A stretch of DNA of 64,000 nucleotides from Candidatus Nanopelagicales bacterium (GTDB lineage Bacteria; Actinomycetota; Actinomycetes; S36-B12; JAWKJK01), in NCBI GenBank assembly GCA_041393815.1, contig JAWKJK010000001.1:145058-209057 (forward strand), read 5' to 3'. Shown here piece by piece: positions 57,653 through 64,000 of this stretch. The translations under genes were made by a program, and so were the position numbers. Position 1 is the first letter of the stretch. Each line of letters starts with the position of its first letter. Under the pieces are notes generated by a model. It saw nothing but the letters and a program-made list of their open reading frames with translations, was not told the origin of the DNA and did not search any database.

Positions 57653-57690
57653 GGGGGGAGTGGATCTTCCGCGGAAGATCCACTCCCCCC
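57653..57690. terminator. Perfect 38-nt palindrome (17-bp stem) 25 nt after the stop; probable bidirectional terminator
   Basis: ggggggagtggatcttc-cgcg-gaagatccactcccccc. Confidence 0.6.
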
Positions 57691-57760
57691 TTCCCTCACG
57701 CGTCACCCCCACGTCACCCCCGCCGCTCGCGACTCCACGCACCGGGTCCACTCACCCCAC

Positions 57761-57831
57761 GACGGAATGAGTCTGGGCGTCGTTTGGACGCCCGATTCCG
57801 GCCGGTAAGCAACGCCCAGACTCATTCCGTC
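57761..57831. repeat. 20-bp perfect inverted repeat with a 31-nt spacer; function unknown
   Basis: gacggaatgagtctgggcgt ... acgcccagactcattccgtc. The spacer holds a competing hairpin gggcgtc-gtttg-gacgccc that re-uses part of the left arm. Confidence 0.7.
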
Positions 57832-57900
57832 CGAGGATCGGGGGGCACGGTCGTCAGCGGGGCCGGCGGGGCCGGGAATAGGCGGAGCGCGTTTCGACCG

Positions 57901-57998
57901 GGGTGGGCCGGTCGGGGTGGGCCGGTCAGGGTGGGCCGGTCAGGGTGGGCCGGTCAGGGTGGGCCGGTCAGGGTGGGCCGGTCCGGGTGGGCCGGTCA
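57901..57998 (-). repeat. Seven tandem 14-bp units; the last unit contains the stop codon of the M14 peptidase gene
   Basis: gggtgggccggtc[a/g/c] x7. Sense strand CCCACCCTGACCGG. The stop is tca at 57996-57998. Confidence 0.95.
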
Positions 57999-58928
57999 GG
58001 GGTGGTCGACGATGCGGGTCGAGACCCGCAGGATCGCGGCCACGTTGCGGTCGACGAGGTCCTGGGACACGTACGACGGCAGCTCCACGGTGATGGCCCA
58101 GCCGGGGAAGGTCGCGTTGTACCAGCCGGTCAGGGTCCCGCCGCAGGGCCCGCTGCACGACGCGACCGAGGGGCGCAGCCCGATCCAGCGGGCCAGCTTG
58201 CGCGCCCACGCCCTGGTCTTGTCGCCGGTGACGTCGATCAGCCCGAACGGCTGGTGGTAGCTGAGGATCGCGTCCGGCCGCAGCACCCGCAGGAACCGCA
58301 CCGCGGCCTTCGACTCCGGCTCGCTCAGCGGGCGCGGACCCGGCCAGGTGACGCGGGACCCGGTGGAGCCCAGCCAGTTGTACGGGAAGTTCCGGTTGAG
58401 GTCCACGCCGCGGGCGTTGCGGCGACCGCCGACCCGGGCGCCGTCGGGGTTGAGCGTGGAGATGGTCCAGATCTGGACGCCGCGCGGCGCCGTCTCCCGC
58501 CGCAGCGCCGACACCACCCGGCGCCCGGCCGGCTCGCTGCCGTGGATCTGCCCGAGGACCAGGACCACTCGGGTGGCGTTGCGGTTGCCCAACCGGCGGG
58601 CGACGATCTCGCGACCCTGGACCGAGGTGCCCACCCGCACCACCCGGGGCAGCGCGGCCACCGGGTCGGCCGGCTCCGCCGCAACCGACGCGGACGCGGA
58701 CGGGTCCGCAGACGCGTTCGGATCACCCGAGGGCGAGCCCGCCGTTCCCGAGGCCGGCCCGGACACCGTGGGGTCACTCGGCTCCGCGGGTGCCGCCGCC
58801 ACCGCCGGCAGCACGAGCAACCCGGCCGCCAGGCCCGCGGCAACCCCGCCCGCCAGCACGCCGCGCAGCACTCCCCGGAGGGGACCGGGCAGGCCGAGGG
58901 CCCGGCCGGTGACCGGCCGGGCTCTCAC
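57996..58928 (-). CDS. M14 family zinc carboxypeptidase (secreted)
   Basis: Trimmed to the GTG at 58928. Signal-like N-terminus, QIHGSEPAG (HxxE), DLNRNFP and the later ILSYHQP. Confidence 0.8.
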   Translation of the reverse strand: MRARPVTGRALGLPGPLRGVLRGVLAGGVAAGLAAGLLVLPAVAAAPAEPSDPTVSGPASGTAGSPSGDPNASADPSASASVAAEPADPVAALPRVVRVGTSVQGREIVARRLGNRNATRVVLVLGQIHGSEPAGRRVVSALRRETAPRGVQIWTISTLNPDGARVGGRRNARGVDLNRNFPYNWLGSTGSRVTWPGPRPLSEPESKAAVRFLRVLRPDAILSYHQPFGLIDVTGDKTRAWARKLARWIGLRPSVASCSGPCGGTLTGWYNATFPGWAITVELPSYVSQDLVDRNVAAILRVSTRIVDHP

Positions 58929-58942
58929 CTCGCGCGAGCGGG

Positions 58943-59425
58943 TCAGCCGTCCGCCTTCGGGGCCGCGTCCTCGGCGGCCTTCTGCGACTCCTCCGCCGCG
59001 GTCTTCGCGGCGTCGGCGGCGGTGTCGGCCACCTCCTGCGCGGTCTCCGCGGTCTTCTTGGCCGCCTTCGACGCCGCGCTGGACGTCTTCTCCGCCGCCT
59101 TGGTCGCCGCGGAGCCGGCCTCGGCCGCGGCACCGCTGACGGCGTCGGCGGCCTGCGCCACCCGCTCGCCGGCGGCCTCGCCCGCCGTCGAGGCGGCGTC
59201 CGACACCTTCTGGGCGGCCTTGTCGGCCGCCTTCGCCGCGGACGTGGCCGCACCGGACGCGGCGTCGGCGGCCTTGGTCGCAGCGCCGGACACCGAGTCG
59301 GAGACCGAGCCGGCCCAGGCCCCGACGCTGTCGCCCACGGCCTCGGCCTCGCCGCGACGCTTGAGCATGATCACGCCCACCGCGGCCCCGGCGACCGCCG
59401 CGGCAACCAGGAGCATCTTCTTCAT
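58943..59425 (-). CDS. Membrane-anchored Ala/Lys/Glu-rich repeat protein (LEA/apolipoprotein-like)
   Basis: ATG MKKMLLVAAAVAGAAVGVIML followed by about 130 aa of amphipathic repeats (AATKAADAASGAATSAAKAADKAAQK...). The codon third positions are GC-rich despite low complexity. Confidence 0.6.
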   Translation of the reverse strand: MKKMLLVAAAVAGAAVGVIMLKRRGEAEAVGDSVGAWAGSVSDSVSGAATKAADAASGAATSAAKAADKAAQKVSDAASTAGEAAGERVAQAADAVSGAAAEAGSAATKAAEKTSSAASKAAKKTAETAQEVADTAADAAKTAAEESQKAAEDAAPKADG

Positions 59426-59494
59426 GGTCGGACCACCTTCTTCGACTCGTACGTCCCGACCCGGGAGGTACGGACCCGGGTGTCTGGCTCGACG

Positions 59495-60694
59495 CTAGCG
59501 CGTGCCGTCCGGCTTGCGCAGGTAGGCCAGGAACAGGTCCCGCACCCCCGGTCCCGACAGGAACTTCTCCCGCTCCCCGGCGTCGAGCACCAGTGCGTGC
59601 TCGCACACCCGGGACCAGGCCACGCCCACCGCCTTCGTCAGGGACCCGGCGACCCCCGCCGAGATCGCCGACCCGGCCACGACGCCACCCGGCACGACCT
59701 TGAGCAGGCTGGTGACCGCGTACCGACCCGCCATCGTCGCGCCCCCCGTCAGGACCACCGCGCCCGCCGCGGCCAGGGCGCGCGAGCGCTGCGGCGGCAG
59801 CCCGTACGCCGCCGTCAGCCGCGCGATCATCGTGACCTGGTTGGGCACGAGCAGGGCGGCGTCCGCGAACGGGATGGGGGTGGCCCCGATCCCGGCGGCT
59901 ACCGCGACCGCCTGCGCCACAATCGACCGAGCCGCCTGTCTTTTGCGCTCCAAGTCGAGGACCTGCGCCGCGGTCAGGGCGCGCGAGGCCGCCTCCGGCA
60001 CGACGGCGTACGTCGCGTCCAGCAGCTCGCGCAGCCCGAACACCGGGGCGCCGGTGAACGCGTCCGGCAGGGCGTTGGTGAGCACCACCCGGCCCTGCGG
60101 GCGCAGCGGCAGCCGTAGGTCCTCGATGTAGCGGGCCAGCTCCACCGCCTCCGGGTGCGGCACCCCGTCCCGGCTCGGCACCTGGGTGAGCACGACCACG
60201 ACCGGCAGCCCCAGCGCGTCCAGGGCCCGGACGAACTCCGCCTGCCGGTCCTCGAACCGCCGGTCCGACCAGCGCACGAGGTACCAGGCCGCATGGATCC
60301 GCTCGTCCACCGGCCGGGTGCGGTGCTCGTCCACCAGCCGCCGCAGCCCGCCGAGGATCGCGTCTCCGGAGGTGCCGGTCTCGAAGCCCTCGGAGTCGTA
60401 CAGGCCCAGGAAGCCGTCCGGGTGCCGGTAGTAGACGAGCCCGCGGGTCACCGGGCGACCCAGCCCGGTCTGCGCCACCTCGCGTCCGAAGATCGCGTTG
60501 ACCAGGGTCGACTTGCCGACCCCGGTCTTGCCGAACACGGCCAGGTTGAAGCAGCCCAGCGCCCGGAAGGCCTCGTGCAGCTGCTGCGCGAACATCGCCT
60601 CCAGGTCGGACCGGGCGTAGTCGCGGCCCGGTCCGGATCCGGACCCGGGGTCCGGGACGGCGGGCACTCCGGAACCGGGTGGCGGCGTGGTCAC
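59495..60694 (-). CDS. GTPase fused to a DUF697 (YcjF-like) membrane domain
   Basis: G1 FGKTGVGKSTLVNAIFG and G3 DSEGFE. The C-terminal half has GIGATPIPFADAALLVPNQVTMIARLTAAYG, typical of DUF697. Confidence 0.8.
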   Translation of the reverse strand: MTTPPPGSGVPAVPDPGSGSGPGRDYARSDLEAMFAQQLHEAFRALGCFNLAVFGKTGVGKSTLVNAIFGREVAQTGLGRPVTRGLVYYRHPDGFLGLYDSEGFETGTSGDAILGGLRRLVDEHRTRPVDERIHAAWYLVRWSDRRFEDRQAEFVRALDALGLPVVVVLTQVPSRDGVPHPEAVELARYIEDLRLPLRPQGRVVLTNALPDAFTGAPVFGLRELLDATYAVVPEAASRALTAAQVLDLERKRQAARSIVAQAVAVAAGIGATPIPFADAALLVPNQVTMIARLTAAYGLPPQRSRALAAAGAVVLTGGATMAGRYAVTSLLKVVPGGVVAGSAISAGVAGSLTKAVGVAWSRVCEHALVLDAGEREKFLSGPGVRDLFLAYLRKPDGTR

Positions 60695-60830
60695 GGGCTC
60701 ACCGTACGTCCCTCGGGTCGTCCCGCCCGGCGATCACCGGGTTCGCGGGCATACCGGTACGGCGGCGACTAGCGTGCGCAGCGACGGCCGCGGGAGGTGG
60801 CCACGGCGCTCGGCGTGGGAGGTGGCGACG

Positions 60831-62402
60831 GTGGCGCAGGTCGACGAGGACCGGATGGGCGCGTTCGACGCGGTGATGTGGGGCGTCGAGGACGACCCGC
60901 TGCTGCGCTCGGTGATCGTGGTCCTGGTCGTGCTGGAGAGCCCGCCGGACGTGCCCACCGGCACCGCCCGGGTCGAGCGGCTGACCCGCGAGGTGCCGGC
61001 CCTGCGCCAGCGGGTCATCGGCAACCCGATGTCGCTGGTGCCGCCGCGCTGGGAGACCGACCCCAACTTCGACCTGTCGTACCACCTGCGCTGGGTCCGC
61101 GCCCCTCGCACCGACGGCACGCTGCGCCCGGTCCTGGACATGGCCGCGCAGATGGCCGAGCAGGACTTCGACCGGGACCGGCCGCTGTGGGAGATGACGC
61201 TGGTCACCGGCCTGGACGGCGACCGGGCCGCGCTGCTGTTCAAGATCCACCACTCGGTGACCGACGGCGTCGGCGGCATGCGCATCGCGGCGTCACTGTT
61301 CGACTTCACCCCCGCGCCGCGCGACGACCTCGGGCCCGAGCCCGACGTCCCGGCGCTGAACGTGCTCGACCCGATCCGCCGCGTGCTCAACGGGGTGGAG
61401 TACGAGACCCGCACGGCGGTGGACCAGGTGCGCGGCGCCGTGGACGGCGGCCTGGACCTGGTGCGCAAGGCGGTCAGCGACCCGGTCGGGACCGCGGGTG
61501 CGGCGACCGCGTTCGCGGCGTCCGCGGGACGCCTGCTGGCACCGGCGGGGACCCCGCTGAGCCCGGTGATGACCGGACGCTCGCTGTCCGTGCGGCTGGA
61601 CCTGCTCGAGTACTCCCTTGACGACCTCAAGCGGGCCGGCAAGGCGGTCGGCGGCACGCTCAACGACGCGTTCATCGCGGCCGTCGCGGGCGGCCTGCGC
61701 TCGTACCACGACTACCACGGGCAGACCCCGCAGGCGCTGCGCATCAACATGCCGGTCAACCTGCGCAGCAAGGACGACAGCCGCGCGGGAGGCAACGCCT
61801 GGGTGCCCGCCCGCTTCCCGCTGCCGATCGACCAGGAGGACGCCGGCGCCCGGATCAAGGCGCTGCACCCGCTGCTGAAGCAGGCCCGCAGCGAGCCGGC
61901 GCTGCCCATCTCCGGTCAGGTGTTCCGGGTGCTGGCGACGCTGCCGCAGCCGGTGACCACGGCCGTCGCCGGCGGCCTGATGAAGGGCACCGACGTCGCC
62001 GCGACCAACGTGCCCGGACCGCCGTTCCCGGTCTACCTGGCCGGCGCCAAGGTGCTCCAGCTGGTGCCGTTCGCGCCGAAGGCGGGCGCCGCCGTGAACA
62101 TCGGCCTGATGTCGTACGACGGCCGGGCCGAGATCGGCATCAACATCGACACCCAGGCGGTGCCGGACGCGGAGCGGCTGGTGCGCTACCTCGACCAGGC
62201 CTTCGGCGACGTGCTGGCGGTGGGCACCCCGCCGTCAGGGGAGAGCGCAGCCGAGGCGAAGCTGGCCGCCGCCGAACCGGCCGAGGCGGCTGCCCCGAAG
62301 CCGGCCAAGAAGCGGGCCGCGAAGGCGGGATCGGGCAAGTCCGGCGGCGCGACGGGGAAGAAGGCCACCCGCCCCCGGGCGGCGAAGCCCGCCGCCGACT
62401 GA
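60831..62402 (+). CDS. Wax ester synthase / diacylglycerol acyltransferase (WS/DGAT) family protein
   Basis: Catalytic HHSVTDGVGG and the C-terminal NVPGP motif. Start is the GTG at 60831 with GGGAGG 8 nt upstream; the ATG at 60855 is an alternative. Lys/Ala-rich basic tail. Confidence 0.85.
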   Translation: MAQVDEDRMGAFDAVMWGVEDDPLLRSVIVVLVVLESPPDVPTGTARVERLTREVPALRQRVIGNPMSLVPPRWETDPNFDLSYHLRWVRAPRTDGTLRPVLDMAAQMAEQDFDRDRPLWEMTLVTGLDGDRAALLFKIHHSVTDGVGGMRIAASLFDFTPAPRDDLGPEPDVPALNVLDPIRRVLNGVEYETRTAVDQVRGAVDGGLDLVRKAVSDPVGTAGAATAFAASAGRLLAPAGTPLSPVMTGRSLSVRLDLLEYSLDDLKRAGKAVGGTLNDAFIAAVAGGLRSYHDYHGQTPQALRINMPVNLRSKDDSRAGGNAWVPARFPLPIDQEDAGARIKALHPLLKQARSEPALPISGQVFRVLATLPQPVTTAVAGGLMKGTDVAATNVPGPPFPVYLAGAKVLQLVPFAPKAGAAVNIGLMSYDGRAEIGINIDTQAVPDAERLVRYLDQAFGDVLAVGTPPSGESAAEAKLAAAEPAEAAAPKPAKKRAAKAGSGKSGGATGKKATRPRAAKPAAD

Positions 62403-62480
62403 CACCGCCGCGCTCCGGTTCGGCGCGCGGCGTCATCCGGGTTACCGTGGAGGACCGCCTCACCCCTCCTGGAGCCCCGC

Positions 62481-63044
62481 ATGCCCCGTCGTCGGCGTCG
62501 CGCGACCGCCGTGGTCGCCGGCGTGGCCGCCGTCGCGATGCTCGCGGGGGGCGCCCTGGCCGGGGCCGCGCTGGCCGGCGGTGCACGCAGCGGCGCGCCG
62601 CTGTTCGGCCCCGACGAGGTACCGCAGGAGTACCGCGCGCTGGTGAAGCAGGCCGCCAAGCGCTGCCCCGCCGTACCGGTGAAGGTGTTCGCCGCGCAGC
62701 TGGCCCAGGAGAGCGGCTGGGACTCGACCGCGGTCAGCAGGGCGGGCGCGCAGGGCATCGCGCAGTTCATGCCGCAGACCTGGAACCAGTACGGCATCGA
62801 CGGGGACGGCGACGGCGACACCGACGTCTGGAGCCCGGCGGACGCCATCCACTCCGCGGCCGAGCTCAACTGCATCAACCGCGACCTGGTGCGCTCGGTC
62901 CCCGGTGACCGGGTGACCAACATCCTGGCGGCCTACAACGCCGGGCACTCCGCGGTGCAGCGCTACGGCGGGGTGCCGCCGTTCCCCGAGACCGAGGCGT
63001 ACGTCGAGCGCATCCTGCAGCGTGCCCAGGACATCCGGCTCTGA
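62481..63044 (+). CDS. Lytic transglycosylase (SLT) domain protein, secreted
   Basis: RRRRR signal-like N-terminus. Catalytic region AQESGWDSTAVSRAGAQGIAQFMPQTW and AYNAG. Confidence 0.85.
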   Translation: MPRRRRRATAVVAGVAAVAMLAGGALAGAALAGGARSGAPLFGPDEVPQEYRALVKQAAKRCPAVPVKVFAAQLAQESGWDSTAVSRAGAQGIAQFMPQTWNQYGIDGDGDGDTDVWSPADAIHSAAELNCINRDLVRSVPGDRVTNILAAYNAGHSAVQRYGGVPPFPETEAYVERILQRAQDIRL

Positions 63045-63085
63045 CCCCGACGGGTGCCCTGGTGGCACCCCCGAGCTCCCCCTAG

Positions 63086-63103
63086 ACTGACCCGCCAGTC
63101 AGT
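63086..63103. promoter_or_regulatory. Inverted repeat ACTGAC-N6-GTCAGT upstream of the acyl-CoA dehydrogenase gene
   Basis: actgacccgccagtcagt, about 20 nt upstream of the GTG. No cognate regulator is visible in the window. Confidence 0.25.
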
Positions 63104-63124
63104 AAGCCGAGGAGGGGGTGGACG

Positions 63125-64000
63125 GTGTCGGAACGGCTCGCGCAGCCCCCCACCGAGCTCGTCCCGCTGAGCGACGAGCAGCGCGACGTCATCGACCTGT
63201 GCCGACGGTTCGCCGCTGACGTGCTGCGCCCCCACGCCCGGGCGGTGGACGAGGAGGACAACGCCCACCCCGGCGCCGACACCTCCTGGCAGGTGTGGCG
63301 TGCGGCGACCGAGTCGGGGATCGCCGCGTTCATGCTCCCCCGCGAGTACGGGGGCGGGGGCGTGACCGACGTCTTCACCCAGTGCCTGGCGGTGGAGGAA
63401 CTGGCCGTCGGCGACCTGGGACTGGCCAACCTGGTGACCAGCAACGGCTTCTTCGCCGACCCGGTGCTGGAGCTGGGCACTCCCGAGCAGTGCCGGCGCT
63501 GGCTGGAGCCGCTGGGCGCCCCGGACGCCCCGCAGACCGCGGTGGCGGTCACCGAGCCGGGCGTCGGCAGCGACGCGGCCTCGCTCACCACCCGGGCCGA
63601 TCGGATCCCCGGCGGCTACCGGCTCACCGGCCAGAAGGCCTGGATCTCCAACGGTGGCGTGGCCCGGACCTACGTCGTCTTCGCGACGGTCGAGCCGGGG
63701 ACGCGCTCGCGCGGGATCACGGCGTTCGTGCTGGACCGCGACGCTCCCGGCCTGTCCTTCGGCCCGCCGATGAAGAAGATGGGCCAGCGGGCGATCGTCA
63801 ACACCGAGGTGTTCCTGGACGGGGTCGAGGTCGCGGAGGACGACCGGCTCGGCGGCGAGGGCCAGGGGTTCCGCGGGCTGATGAGGACCTTCGACATCTC
63901 GCGCACCGTCCTCGGTGCCGCGGCCGTGGGCTGCGCGCGGGCCGCGTACGAGACTGCGGCGGAGTACGCCCGGCAGCGTACCCAGTTCGGCGCTCCGATC
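63125..64000 (+). CDS. Acyl-CoA dehydrogenase (N-terminus complete, runs off window end)
   Basis: Not in the track because there is no stop. My reading from the GTG at 63125, after GAGGAGGGGG, gives VSERLAQPPTELVPLSDEQRDVIDLCRRFA..., TEPGVGSDAAS, GQKAWISNG and RTQFGAPI. Confidence 0.9.
   Translation, partial: MSERLAQPPTELVPLSDEQRDVIDLCRRFAADVLRPHARAVDEEDNAHPGADTSWQVWRAATESGIAAFMLPREYGGGGVTDVFTQCLAVEELAVGDLGLANLVTSNGFFADPVLELGTPEQCRRWLEPLGAPDAPQTAVAVTEPGVGSDAASLTTRADRIPGGYRLTGQKAWISNGGVARTYVVFATVEPGTRSRGITAFVLDRDAPGLSFGPPMKKMGQRAIVNTEVFLDGVEVAEDDRLGGEGQGFRGLMRTFDISRTVLGAAAVGCARAAYETAAEYARQRTQFGAPI

Noticed and set aside
57901-57998. Possible CRISPR arrays (this array and those at 29804, 30082 and 49197)
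   Set aside because: The units are directly abutting with no unique spacers, are only 14-40 bp long, and no cas genes are present. They are plain tandem repeats.
62403-62480. Cyclic-di-AMP (ydaO-type) riboswitch upstream of the lytic transglycosylase gene, as is often seen before actinobacterial cell-wall hydrolase genes
   Set aside because: The spacer is only 78 nt, much shorter than that riboswitch class, and I could not see its pseudo-symmetric conserved cores.

Overview
Very GC-rich (well above 65% by eye) actinobacterial chromosomal DNA. I call about 57 protein genes and one tRNA-Arg(CCG). I saw no transposase, integrase, phage or cas genes and no CRISPR array. All homology calls rest on motifs I recognise in the supplied translations or in my own reverse-complement reading; no searches were run. 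The ORF track uses the longest ATG/GTG/TTG start, so many listed ORFs are over-extended or antisense artefacts, and I re-set several starts using RBS signals and ATGA/GTGA stop-start overlaps.

Gene content:
- **Core block (left end):** the conserved actinobacterial argS-lysA-hom-thrC-thrB-rho arrangement. rho is partial and absent from the ORF track.
- **Predicted amidoligase system:** cspA and a YccF-family protein, then a three-gene operon of circularly permuted ATP-grasp, alpha-E and transglutaminase proteins.
- **Six-gene minus-strand string:** treS-mak fusion, SulP, a shikimate-kinase-like kinase, a cREC-like receiver-fold protein, aldose 1-epimerase and a lipase.
- **Smaller units:** two F420-type oxidoreductases; an aquaporin with non-canonical NPA boxes; a TetR-MFS pair.
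- **Olefin cluster:** oleA-oleBC-oleD, followed on the same strand by an aldo/keto reductase, an alpha/beta hydrolase and an ADP-ribosylglycohydrolase.
- **Right half:** a second TetR unit; MarR-MFS-molybdopterin oxidoreductase; CcdA and thioredoxin next to a two-component system; PAC2; a CDF transporter; a second SulP; a GTPase-DUF697 / Ala-rich protein / M14 peptidase string; WS/DGAT; a lytic transglycosylase; and a partial acyl-CoA dehydrogenase.

The least explained signals are non-coding:
- Five tandem-repeat arrays lie at or just after gene 3-prime ends, and each unit repeats the stop context TGAC.
- A GGTGGAAC...GTTCCACC palindromic element occurs four times.
- A 460-bp convergent spacer (29766-30227) is packed with four repeat types.

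The most interesting gene-level candidates are the cREC-like protein plus P-loop kinase pair and the ATP-grasp/alpha-E/transglutaminase operon.
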